A DNA stretch of 64,000 bases, taken from positions 66,340,001-66,404,000 of the forward strand of contig OZ024747.1 of NCBI GenBank assembly GCA_964016885.1, written 5' to 3'. This DNA comes from Eledone cirrhosa. Lineage: Eukaryota. The notes beneath the pieces were generated by a model. That model ran no database searches and had not been told where the DNA came from. It was given only the letters and a program-made list of their open reading frames with translations. Position 1 is the stretch's first letter, and the number at the start of each line of letters is the position of its first letter. Positions 25,423 to 40,499 of the stretch are shown in pieces. The translations under genes and the position numbers were made by a program.

Positions 25423-25577
25423 AGGAAGACATGATATGAAGGTTAAAAAACACTTGTGAATAGCGCAGTTTTAAATCAACATATCATATATATATATATA
25501 ATAGTATATATATATATATGTTGATTTAAAACTGCACTATTCACAAGTGTTTTTTAACCTTCATATCATGTCTTCCT

Positions 25578-25646
25578 ATTTTATCTGATGAAAACACAAA
25601 TATTATTGCATGATGATATTTGTTTTTGAAATGCGCATAATAAAAT
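25578..25646 (+). ncRNA. Minimal type I hammerhead ribozyme
   Basis: Same fold as 25354-25422, with palindromic TGCGCA stem III. Confidence 0.75.
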
Positions 25647-26433
25647 ACATGGAACTCTTTTAACCATCTTTTGATCTTATATATTATGTATATTCCAGTC
25701 CTACAAAAAATGTAGAGTGTTTCTTAGCCGATATCTGCATTGCTTTATTGTACTTCAATAAAACTCACCTCCTACATATATATATATATAAATACTATTA
25801 TATAGTCGTGTATAGTGGTAGCTATGGTGCTTCTATAGGCGGTATGCCAAAATTAGCACTCGATATTCACCAGAGTAGAGTGTCGATATTATAAAGAAAA
25901 CGAAAAATCAGTGATATTATCTGGACTTCGTGTTACCAAACCTGGCTTGAATCGACCCAGGCGGGTAGGCGCAGAAAACAAACGTCTCGAAACAAACGTT
26001 GCATACCTGACCCTGTGCGTATCGGCAATGGTAAGGTAGTGACCCCATGCTTGTAACGGATAAAAAATTTTTCCGGAAAGGACTGCCCTAACACCAGCCA
26101 GAGTTATCTCCCTTGACCTACTACAAAATCAAAACAAGTTTTTTTTTTACGAAGAATGAACTCTGAGTGAACTTATCTCTAAAAACCCATTCCGGGTCAT
26201 GTGTAAGATTTATATAAAGAACTTGTTTTAACGGCTTGTAACTCCTTCATTCATTTGCTTATACACACACACATATATATATATATACATATATATATAT
26301 GTTTGTATATATATATATATATATATGTTTGTATATATATATATATATATGTTTGTATATATATATATGTTTGTATGTGTGTATATGTATATATATATAT
26401 ATATATATGTGTTTGTATATATATATATATGTT

Positions 26434-26471
<38 letters not shown>

Positions 26472-26497
26472 TGTATATATATATATATGTTTGTATT

Positions 26498-26546
<49 letters not shown>

Positions 26547-26590
26547 AAGTTAAATAAAAGTCAAATGATTAAAATTTAGCTTCGTTTATT

Positions 26591-26645
26591 ACTGCTATAT
26601 ATATTTCAGTGACAGCCATCTTTGGCTGTGACCTCTTCAGGCAGT
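26591..26645 (-). ncRNA. Minimal type I hammerhead ribozyme
   Basis: actgc-CTGAAGA-ggtcacagcca aaga tggctgtcact-GAAA-tatata-TA-gcagt. Confidence 0.8.
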
Positions 26646-26756
26646 TTGAATTAGTATGGTATAGACAAGTACATATGTTGTTTAGGTGTATAATATTGTC
26701 AATACTCTGATATGCCCAGTTCCTTGTTGAGTTGTTATTTCAATGAGGAACTGGAG

Positions 26757-26799
<43 letters not shown>

Positions 26800-27299
26800 T
26801 GCTTGTGCATACTAATAATCTTTTTTATAATGAAATGTATCTTAAACATTTTAATTATTTCTTAAACCTTCTCTAAAACCCACCAAAGTCCCTGAGGTCA
26901 AGCATTAAAACTTCATTTGACATGATTGTATGAATATAATATCAAATATATGTACTTTTCTTATTCCCTGTTCCCATCCTCTCTTTTACTTGTAATTCTC
27001 GTGGTTTTATATACATGTACTTCGTTACTTTTTCTCACTTTTGATTATATGTTAAAGTATTTATTATTATTTCTGTTTTTGGTTATTTGTTGTAACATCT
27101 GCAGTTAAGTTAATCAAGTCGTGTTTCAGTTTTCGGTCATATTCTTGGCACACACACACATATATATTATTTGAACGGATTATAAGTTTTAGCACACCAT
27201 CTTCACTTTCACCCTTTCCATGAATCTCGAAACTGATATATTCTAAAATTTGTAGACACAAATATAAATAATCAAAATTATAACCGGCAAACATAACTA

Positions 27300-27880
27300 A
27301 AATTCAGAAAGACACGAAGAATACACGTGCGAACCTGCAGCATAACTTAATCAGCTTGCATGCAGAGGAATCGCGTTAAGTCTCGTCGTTAAAGTCTACG
27401 TTGGGAGTCAGGAAAAGCGATGTAGCGTTATTGTTGTGTTCAAGCTTGCTAGTGTGTTTTCCGCGCTAGATGTAGCACAGCCGACTAAATGTTTACTCTG
27501 CAGCAGCCCTTCGAGAAATCATGAGAGTAGTGCTTACAGGTGCTTGTTTCATGAATCTCGAAAAGGCATACGACTACGTGCTACGAGACTTGTGGGAGGT
27601 CTGCAGAAATACGAGGTCGCCTGGTAGATTCTAGTTGCCTTGAAGTTCCTATATGAATGCCTTAGTCAGTAGGACCTAGTGTTTGTGTTTGAATAAATGG
27701 TGTGAAGTCGCAATCCTTCAATGTGGTTGTCCGACTTCGCCAGAGGTGCGTATTATTACCCCCTCCTGTTCACAATCTTCATAAATATGATTGACATGTA
27801 GCTGGGCTGGAAGTGGTATCAAAACCGGCAGGTGTATGATCAATCAGCTGATAACACTGCATGATGTTAGATTCTGATAG
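27300..27880 (+). pseudogene. Degenerate RTE-type RT fragment
   Basis: Broken frames give FR..STAD*MFTLQQ..EKS, CFMNLEKAYD and LRQRCVL.PLLF, with many stops and frameshifts. Confidence 0.6.
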
Positions 27881-28230
27881 GACCCTCAGGAAGGCGGATC
27901 AGATGACTCGGCCCACGAACGTCTCAAGAAGAATTCCTCATGGTTGGTTATTTTCTTGACTTTCTCTGACGTAGGTAAAAAAAAGAAAAATGATGATGAT
28001 GATGATGATGATAAGAAGAAGAAGAAAAAGAAAAAGAATAAGAAGAATGAATGAATGAAAATTGAATTTGCTTCACATACAATTCAGACAATATAATTTG
28101 CGTTTGTCAAATATTTCTTTCTATGATGATGTATATAGCTCAAACCTAATACACGAATAATTTAATTGCTATGACATATAATAAAAAATAATAATTGTAT
28201 TACTACTAATAATAATAATAATAATAATAA

Positions 28231-28445
28231 TAATTGTTTCTGATTTAGGCACAAGGCCAACAATTTGGAGGGAAAGGAAAGTCGATTATATCGACTCCAG
28301 TGTGTGACTGGTACTTTATTTTATCGACCCCGTAAGGATGAAAGGCAAAGGTAACGTCGGCGGGATTTGAACTCAGAACGTAAAGAGCCGTAACTCTATG
28401 CCGCAAAGCATGGTGTCCGATACTCTACCGATACTGCCACTCCAC
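28231..28445 (-). mobile_element. tRNA-derived SINE
   Basis: Reverse complement of the SINE consensus with an (AAT)n tail. Confidence 0.85.
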
Positions 28446-28459
28446 AATAATAATAATAA

Positions 28460-28610
28460 TAATTGTTTCTACTTTTGGCACAAGGCCAGCAAATTACCCA
28501 GTTCATTACTGGTACTTTATTTTATCGACCTGGTAAGGTTGAAAGGCAAAGTTAACCTCCACGGGATTTGAACTCAGACCGTAAAGGGACGTAACTATGC
28601 TGGAAAGCAC
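28460..28610 (-). mobile_element. tRNA-derived SINE (5'-truncated)
   Basis: Tandem second copy. Confidence 0.8.
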
Positions 28611-29040
28611 TTCACAATAATAATAGTCATGATGATCATGATGATGAATAAATGAATAAATGTTCATCAAAATAATAGGTGAGGATAAAAGATGTATAAG
28701 AATACATTAGTTAAAATGGTTCACATTTACGAGATTTTGTCTATTTCTATTGCTACACATATTTCCAGAGAGGGGATTCGTAGTCGTACATATACGTACA
28801 GGCACGCATACATATATTCGTAATCGTACACATACACACACCCACACACAAACATACACACTCGTAGGTACATCCATACGTTCGCGTATACCCATTAAAA
28901 CACTAGAGTGTGCGCATGTATACATGTATATATGCATAAACATACATAATACATGTATAGAAATGTGTTGGTGTACACACGCCTATACAGGTACACGAAA
29001 ACATATATATGTATGCACACACTCATGTATATATAAATTC

Positions 29041-30270
29041 ATCTTCGTTTAACATCCATTTTCCACGGCAGCATGGGTTAGACGGGAATTGTCCCACTTG
29101 AGGCAAGGTTGGTCGGGTGACCATGTCTCGCTCATATAGCACTATCTGGCAGGTTTTCTACGGCTGGATGCCCTTCCTAACACTAACCACATTTACAGTG
29201 TGGAACTGGGAACTTTTTACCGTGTTACCTACACGGCCACATTACAGCGTGGACTGTGTGTGTTTTTCTCGTGACACCTACACGATCTCGATCTCATTAT
29301 CTCATTTATTTGGACTGGATGTTGTGGTACTAACTTTATAGAGAGAGGGTGGTGTTGGTGGGAGTGGGAGGATAGGGTAGGGGTAGTGGATTGGGGTGTA
29401 TATTTGGTTAAGAGGTGCCTACCGACTGCAGGTTTCGCTTTGTACATAGGCAAGGCGGGTCTTCTGTATTACTGCGTAGCGCCAAAGATCTCGGTCCAGT
29501 GACATTGTCTTAGAGAGGTGCAAGTGTATAAGGTCGGAATTTATCAGATCGTCCCAGGTTTTTCTGGGTCTACCTACTCCGTAACTACTATCAATTTTGA
29601 TCGCCCTGCACTTTTTTTATACAGCAGTCGTCTTTCATGCGCATCACGTGGCCATACCAACTTAGTCTTCTCTCGAGTAAACAGCATCTGATCCCTCTTA
29701 TTCCTAATTTCTCAATTAGTTCATGTATGCTTTGCCGTTCACGTATATTACTACTACACATCCAACGGAGCATGCATGCTTCGTTCCTTTCCAGTCTACG
29801 CTGGTCCTCTGCACGTAATGCCCATGTCTCACTGCCATATAGCATTGGTGTTCGTATACAAGCATCATACAATCTGTCATTCATTTTTAGAGAGAAACCT
29901 TTTGTGGCCAATAGCGGTATATGCTCTCTGAACTTTTTCCATCCCGTTCTGACTCTGGCTACTGTACTTTCAGAACACCCTCCACCACTGCTGATTTCGT
30001 CACCCAGGTAACGGAAAGTGTCTACTATTTCTATAGAACCATCTAGGCAATAGGAGGGGCTAGTATCCTGTGGACACTTGCTACCTATTGCACCTGAGCA
30101 TTGGCCACATATAAAGTCTACGTTCTTAGATAGTTTACTTGTGATCCCACTACATCTTTTATGTACCCATACTTTGCATTTGGGACATAAAATTGAATTT
30201 CTACCTACTCCTTTCCTACACACTGAGCAAGGCCATTTCCCTGGGGGTATCTGTGCCTTCTTTTCCTTTC
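29041..30270 (-). mobile_element. 5'-truncated RTE LINE with a PHD-like finger inside the RT region
   Basis: [30 protein letters not shown], then FRYLG, MLYGSETW and RRLSWYGHVMRM (ORF 29591-30223). Confidence 0.85.
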
Positions 30271-30314
30271 TACATATTTTATTATGTGCGTATGTATGTG
30301 TATATGCTTAAGGA

Positions 30315-30376
<62 letters not shown>

Positions 30377-30381
30377 ATATA

Positions 30382-30937
<556 letters not shown>

Positions 30938-31036
30938 CCAATACATATTCAAACATTGATACATATTCAAACATTGTGGGTCAACATTCAACTCGGCTGA
31001 AAAGGAGGTCATATAACTGTCCATGCATTAATAAAT

Positions 31037-31083
31037 TGCTCCGAAGAATCCAAACCTCGGTTTGGAGGAAACAGCTGTAAGCA
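31037..31083 (+). ncRNA. Hammerhead ribozyme, U4C core (5' pLTR)
   Basis: tgct-CCGAAGA-a tccaaac ctcg gtttgga g-GAAA-cagctg-TA-agca. Confidence 0.7.
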
Positions 31084-31332
31084 CAATAATGTTTTGAACA
31101 GTTCTTTGATTCTTATATTTCATATAACTGCTCTGTAAATCATCTGATGTTTTTACATTGAGCTACTTAACTTACTGGTAATAAGGTAGTAATACAATAC
31201 TGCCTACCACTATTTAGGGCGTGTGTAAAATACTTACAACTGCTTAAGGTTTTGTATTTACATAACCATAAATAGTATAACTAATACTATTAACTGCTCC
31301 ATATCGTTGAGCTGACATATAATATTGCCAAT

Positions 31333-33792
31333 ATGCTAATCAAAGACCAACTCCCCATGTCAACCAAGAACATACCAATACCATCCAGGAATACATATGA
31401 GAAATTGCTGATCAACAGTGTAAATTCATTTATCAATAGAGTGAGATGGAGGACATTCCATTATGATAGAAACAAATCTAACAACTTGAATAATACTAAC
31501 AATTTTGACTCCTTCGGCTTTAAAACCTTTAAAAGCCCCCCTCATAACACTCTACTTAACTCCTTTGAAAATGACCTAGTTAAACTAGTTAAGAACATTA
31601 AATACAATAAGCACCATATTAAAAGCAACACCTTCTTAAACAAACTTAACACTTCTATTAATGGATTCAAAACTAGTAATAAAATTATTGTACACGCAGA
31701 TAAAACTAATAACATATACAGCCTAGATTATAATACTTATAGAAAGTTTATATATAATGAACTACATAAAAGCTACAAAAAAAACACCTTGAAAAACTTA
31801 GAAGATATTAATGTAGAGGGTTATAATATAGTGTCTAAACTAGGACTACAGAGGCATACACAACCTTTCACTCCGAACCCCCCTAGATTCTCTCTGAAGG
31901 ACCATAAGGAGAACTTCATCAGCAACCCCACGATAAGACTTATCTGCCCTTCCAAGTCCGACATTGGTATTATCAGCAAGAAGATTTTGGATAAAATCAT
32001 CCCACAAATTAAACACAAGATACACCTTAAACAATGGGGAAATACGGGTGAAGTGATTGAATGGTTCAAGGATATCAAGAATAATAAGAACAAAAAATTT
32101 ATTCAATTTGATATCAATTCGTACTACACCTCTATTTCCCCTATCCTATTAAATAAGGCACTTATCATGGCCATGACCAATAGCGACCTGACTAGAGCCC
32201 AGGTTGATGTCATCCTTGCGGCCCGTAAAACCAAAATCACCTTTGAGGACCAACTATGGACACGCAAGAATACGCACAACAACTTCGACATAACCATGGG
32301 ATCTAGTGACTCGGCGCAGGTCACTGATTTAGTCGGCCTATACCTCCTCAATGAAATCCATAAGGACCTCCCTTACCTCAACGGTGGTTTGTACCACGAT
32401 GATGCACTTCTACTTATAGAATATAAAAAATTTAATATAGAAAGAACTAGAAAACAACTGCATAAGACATTCAAAAACTTTAACCTTAGTATCACCATGG
32501 ACAAAAACACTAAAAATGTTAACTTCCTAGACGCCACACTATACCTAGACTCAAAAATATATACACCTTTCCATAAGCCTAATGAGAAACTTATTTACGT
32601 AGATACCAAGTCTAATCACCCTAGATCAATATTAAACTCTATCTCTAAGGGGGTGTCCAATAGAATCTCTAGTCTGTCCTATGACGCAAACATATTTAGC
32701 AAAAACTCACAATATTACAATCAAGCATTAGCTAGCTCCGGCCATAATATAGAAATTGAGTTCCTACCTAAGAAAACACATAGCTACAACATCATCTCGC
32801 ACAACATGTCCATGAGAAAATCTAATAATAGGAATAGCAACCACAAGTACACCAAAGCGGAGGGTGCCACCGGAAGTAACCATTACCATGGAAACTACTG
32901 TGGGGCCTTAGGAGGAAGCAACACACCAAACACTAAAAGCAAAAATAGAAGAAGAAATAATACATTTTTCAACCCTCCTTTCAACCTAAATGTCTCCACC
33001 AACATACCTAGGGCTTTCTTCTCACTACTAGATAAAAACTTCCCTCTAGGACACAAGTACCACAACCTCTTAAACAAAAACACCATTAAAATCTCATACT
33101 CTACGACGCCTAACTTAGCATACCACATAGCTAGCAGCAATAATAGTAAAATTAGTTCTTACTTCCAACAAACAAAATCACAACGGGATGCAAACCCTCT
33201 AAATACCACTGTAGCAAGCAACCATAGCAACGGCAGTAACAATAGAAATAACACTAGTATAAGCAATAACACCAGGGTTGTCAACCCGAACACCCAAAAT
33301 CCTATATCTACCACACAGACTTCCGCATTGCATTATAACCAGCGGACCAACGCACAGGATAATTGTAACTGTAGAGCTAATAGAACCTGCCCTTTAGATA
33401 AAAAATGCCTAACCAAGGATGTCATATACTCATGCACCGTCACGACTAATAACTCTTCAGAAACCTATGTAGGCTCCACTTCTAACTGCTTCAAGATCAG
33501 ATATAATTCGCACATCCACTCGTTCAAAAAGCATAGCCTAGCCAACTCCACCTCACTTTCTAGCTACATACACTATCTAAAATCTAAAAATAAACCATAC
33601 ACACTCAAATGGGAAGTGATAGGCAGCGCGACCTCGTACAAACCACCTAATAAATTCTGTAACCTCTGTATACTAGAGACACACAATATTATCTTCTCCA
33701 ACCGTAACCTACTTAACAAAAAATCTGAGGTGTTTGCAACTTGCCAGCACCGCCTCAGACATTCCTTCCAAAACTTTAAGCCCAATATATAG
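31333..33792 (+). CDS. PLE RT + C-terminal GIY-YIG (819 aa)
   Basis: STKNIPIP, ADKT, RLICPSKS, FDINSYY, MGSSDS, GGLYHDD and NFLD. These are followed by the CNCRANRTC linker, VIYSC..YVG..R, CNLC and CQH. Confidence 0.95.
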   Translation: MLIKDQLPMSTKNIPIPSRNTYEKLLINSVNSFINRVRWRTFHYDRNKSNNLNNTNNFDSFGFKTFKSPPHNTLLNSFENDLVKLVKNIKYNKHHIKSNTFLNKLNTSINGFKTSNKIIVHADKTNNIYSLDYNTYRKFIYNELHKSYKKNTLKNLEDINVEGYNIVSKLGLQRHTQPFTPNPPRFSLKDHKENFISNPTIRLICPSKSDIGIISKKILDKIIPQIKHKIHLKQWGNTGEVIEWFKDIKNNKNKKFIQFDINSYYTSISPILLNKALIMAMTNSDLTRAQVDVILAARKTKITFEDQLWTRKNTHNNFDITMGSSDSAQVTDLVGLYLLNEIHKDLPYLNGGLYHDDALLLIEYKKFNIERTRKQLHKTFKNFNLSITMDKNTKNVNFLDATLYLDSKIYTPFHKPNEKLIYVDTKSNHPRSILNSISKGVSNRISSLSYDANIFSKNSQYYNQALASSGHNIEIEFLPKKTHSYNIISHNMSMRKSNNRNSNHKYTKAEGATGSNHYHGNYCGALGGSNTPNTKSKNRRRNNTFFNPPFNLNVSTNIPRAFFSLLDKNFPLGHKYHNLLNKNTIKISYSTTPNLAYHIASSNNSKISSYFQQTKSQRDANPLNTTVASNHSNGSNNRNNTSISNNTRVVNPNTQNPISTTQTSALHYNQRTNAQDNCNCRANRTCPLDKKCLTKDVIYSCTVTTNNSSETYVGSTSNCFKIRYNSHIHSFKKHSLANSTSLSSYIHYLKSKNKPYTLKWEVIGSATSYKPPNKFCNLCILETHNIIFSNRNLLNKKSEVFATCQHRLRHSFQNFKPNI

Positions 33793-35236
33793 CAATGTCG
33801 GACTGGAACCTAACACCACATCTAGCATCAAACACTAGAGACGCACCTTATACTACATACCCAACACTAACTGATCCATTATAACACAAACAACGACATC
33901 CCTCTGAAACCCTTCGCAGGGAGAATACCCATATATACCTCTGCGGCAGGTGTGACAACATCCACCCACTTGAACGGCACTACACCGCTCTAAGGGTAGT
34001 TTGAGCATGAATTGATCGGCTGGATAGTGTTGTGCAGAGGAAACACCTTCCTTAGACGGATGTAAAATGATTTATTCGAGTAGCGCTGTTGACCAGTAGG
34101 ACCGGACTGCTGAGCGCAGTGAGTGAATGCATTGCAACTGCCGTGCGGGTTGTACGTATATGGATGATCTGACGGTCAGAGAGGGGTCGCGAGGACTGCG
34201 GATTGACCTTTGGCCGGCCTGGGGATGATTATCTTTCGACATCAAATGTAGCAAGCGATGACCCAGATCCTACCAGAGATCATTGGGTCCTGAAGCAAGC
34301 CTGCAATCACCGCGCCTGGTCATATGAGCAGACTACAACCACAGAGATCATTAATTTAGAATCCTCGCTCATCATCTATAATTTCCATTTGTGGCACCTT
34401 AAGATGGGTTAATCCACCATAATAATATGATCACCTTCAGCATAACTTAATTAAACTACTCTATAGTTAATACACTTTATGCTTTAAAAATCTCTCTTGG
34501 AAGATGCGCATCACCATAGAATTTAGGGTCTATATTGGGACACATTTTAATGGCTAGATATAGAAACCCCAGAGTTACCTCCCCGCATGCATTAACTCCC
34601 CTTAGCCACACACACACTTCCGGGCGGTATTCAATGGCGTTTCTAGAAACGTAACAACCTCCTGTATCGAACTAAAGAACACCAGACTACGATCTCTAAC
34701 TGGATTGCCGTGGATTATGTGAAGGGCATATAATCGAAAAATACACTCCCCTGACCATGAAAATGCCGAAGTACATGAAATACTTGACATCCCTGCGCTG
34801 TGCATCTCCATTACTTATAACACTTATAATGCTTGCACTATCTTTAATGCTTATAATATTTCTCCACACACAGACTATATCAATCATATAAAGAATTTGC
34901 CACCAGATCTACCAACGTAACACTCTTATTTACCTACCTAAGTGCCTCTACCACACATATCTCTCTGCCACACTTTATAAACAAGACGCACATGCGTGCC
35001 ACACATATAACATTTGCACTATATAACCGCTTATCTTCATGTTGTATTTTAACCTATATTTTTGATTTTTGATTGTACCTATTAATATAAATGTAATCTC
35101 GAAGTGTGTACTGCCACTCTAAATTCTGTAATGAATGTTGACCCACAATGTTTGAATAAGTATCAATGTTTGAATACGTATTGGTATGTCTCTCGGCTGA
35201 AAAGGAGGTCATATAACTGTCCATGCATTAATAAAT

Positions 35237-35283
35237 TGCTCCGAAGAATCCAAACCTCGGTTTGGAGGAAACAGCTGTAAGCA
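35237..35283 (+). ncRNA. Hammerhead ribozyme, U4C core (3' pLTR)
   Basis: Identical to 31037-31083. Confidence 0.7.
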
Positions 35284-35314
35284 CAATAATGTTTTGAACA
35301 GTTCTTTGATTCTT

Positions 35315-37009
<1,695 letters not shown>

Positions 37010-37014
37010 TTATA

Positions 37015-37057
<43 letters not shown>

Positions 37058-37062
37058 TTATA

Positions 37063-37235
<173 letters not shown>

Positions 37236-37238
37236 ATA

Positions 37239-37715
37239 TAGGAACTAGTAAGACCCCGACAGCTGAGCTCAAGCCGTTTCGACGGCTAATTCTGGACTAA
37301 ATGAAAATTTATCCTGGTATTTAAATAGCCGATCTTCTCAAGGGGTAATTCCATATATGGTCAAAGTGATTGTCAAAAATCAGTAGTAATTCTGTGGTTG
37401 CAAATTAGTAGGGGAGATGGTGGCTAAACCTGCCAGTAGGAGAAAGAGGGGAGGGGGTGGAGTAGACCCAATCAAGCGTTGGTAGTGCCAGCTACAGCTG
37501 GGCATGAGGTCAAAGAAGATACAGGGGAGGGGGAGGGGGAGGAAGTCGGAACGGTAGGTAGAACAATGGGGGGTAGAAATAGGAAAGAAAAAATACTGAG
37601 AGTGAAGAAAAGCAAATAAGTGTAAAGAAAAAAGTAAAGTAAATTAAATTCTACGACCTAGGTGTCAGGCTATTGTTAGGCGAGAATAAAATAAAGAAAG
37701 AAAGAAAGAAGTAAA
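37239..37715 (-). mobile_element. Diverged 3' end/pLTR of PLE family D
   Basis: Homologous to ~45655-46110. Confidence 0.85.
37253..37346 (-). ncRNA. Hammerhead ribozyme, U3-A8 core, full stem III
   Basis: acccc-TTGAGAA-ga t cggcta..tagccg tc-GAAA-cggct tgagctc agctg-TC-ggggt. Confidence 0.8.
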
Positions 37716-37721
37716 TATATG

Positions 37722-37864
<143 letters not shown>

Positions 37865-37865
37865 G

Positions 37866-37947
<82 letters not shown>

Positions 37948-37949
37948 TG

Positions 37950-38024
<75 letters not shown>

Positions 38025-38039
38025 GTATATATAAATATG

Positions 38040-38117
<78 letters not shown>

Positions 38118-38123
38118 AATATG

Positions 38124-38266
<143 letters not shown>

Positions 38267-38267
38267 G

Positions 38268-38362
<95 letters not shown>

Positions 38363-38469
38363 GTATATATATATATATGTATATATATATATTTATAAAG
38401 AAAAAGGGATGAAATCGAAAATGCAACTGAAGTCTTATTTTTTTTAAAAGTATATATATTTATTTGGTT

Positions 38470-38507
38470 CCTTTACCGGTTTCGCAGTTCTTCTGCTTTT
38501 CAAAAGG
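38470..38507 (-). ncRNA. Minimal hammerhead ribozyme, U3-A8 core
   Basis: Same sequence as 21020-21057. Confidence 0.75.
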
Positions 38508-38551
38508 TGAGTTGAGATGGAGAAAAACCACAGACCCTCCATCTCAACTCA

Positions 38552-38589
38552 CCTTTTGAAAAGCAGAAGAACTGCGAAACCGGTAAAGG
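38552..38589 (+). ncRNA. Minimal hammerhead ribozyme, U3-A8 core
   Basis: cctt-TTGAAAA-gcag aagaa ctgc-GAAA-ccgg-TA-aagg. Confidence 0.75.
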
Positions 38590-38735
38590 AACCAAATAAA
38601 TATATATACTTTTTAAAAAAATAAGACTTCAGTTGCATTTTCGATTTCATCCCTTTTTCTTTATACTTCCACTCGTGTAGGACACCTCGGTTATTTTTCA
38701 TTTTGTAAAAAAAACCTCACTTTATAATATATATT

Positions 38736-38773
<38 letters not shown>

Positions 38774-38813
38774 TAGATATATAGATATATATGTATATAT
38801 ATATATGTATATG

Positions 38814-38847
<34 letters not shown>

Positions 38848-38859
38848 TGTATATGTATA

Positions 38860-38912
<53 letters not shown>

Positions 38913-38913
38913 G

Positions 38914-39000
<87 letters not shown>

Positions 39001-39013
39001 ATGTATATATATG

Positions 39014-39439
<426 letters not shown>

Positions 39440-39639
39440 NNNNNNNNNNNNNNNNNNNNNNNNNNNNNNNNNNNNNNNNNNNNNNNNNNNNNNNNNNNNN
39501 NNNNNNNNNNNNNNNNNNNNNNNNNNNNNNNNNNNNNNNNNNNNNNNNNNNNNNNNNNNNNNNNNNNNNNNNNNNNNNNNNNNNNNNNNNNNNNNNNNNN
39601 NNNNNNNNNNNNNNNNNNNNNNNNNNNNNNNNNNNNNNN
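39440..39639. other. Assembly gap (200 N)
   Basis: Run of N. Confidence 1.
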
Positions 39640-39893
39640 TATATATATATGTATATATATATATGTATATATATATGTATATATATATGTATATATATAT
39701 ATATATGTGTATATATATATGTATTTATATATGTATATATATATGTATATATATATGTATATATATATGTATATATAAATACATGTATATATATATATGT
39801 ATATATATATGTATATATATATATGTATATATATATGTATATATATATGTATATATGTATATATATATGTATATATATATATGTATATATATA

Positions 39894-39973
<80 letters not shown>

Positions 39974-40279
39974 TGTATACATATATATGTATGTATATAT
40001 ATGTATATATATATGTATATATCTATATATATATGTATATATATGTATATGTATATGTATATATATGTATATGTATTTATATATGTATATGTATGTATAT
40101 GTATATATATGTATTTATATATATATATATGTTTATATATATGTATATGTATATGTATTTATATATATATATATATGTTTATATATATGTATATATATAT
40201 ATGTATATATATATATATGTATGTATATATATATGTATATATATATATGTATATATATATATGTATATGTATGTATATA

Positions 40280-40329
<50 letters not shown>

Positions 40330-40330
40330 C

Positions 40331-40378
<48 letters not shown>

Positions 40379-40395
40379 GTATGTATATATATATG

Positions 40396-40474
<79 letters not shown>

Positions 40475-40499
40475 GTATATATATATATGTATATATATA

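Larger units (their letters stand above)
25317..25684. repeat. ~168-bp inverted repeat, each arm containing a hammerhead
   Basis: Arms 25317-25484 and 25516-25684 are separated by a TA spacer. Confidence 0.9.
38394..38727. repeat. Head-to-head inverted pair of family G pLTRs
   Basis: 38394-38522 (minus) is joined to 38520-38727 (plus). Confidence 0.9.

Noticed and set aside
34222-34295. C/D box snoRNA
   Set aside because: The C box is imperfect and there is no terminal stem.
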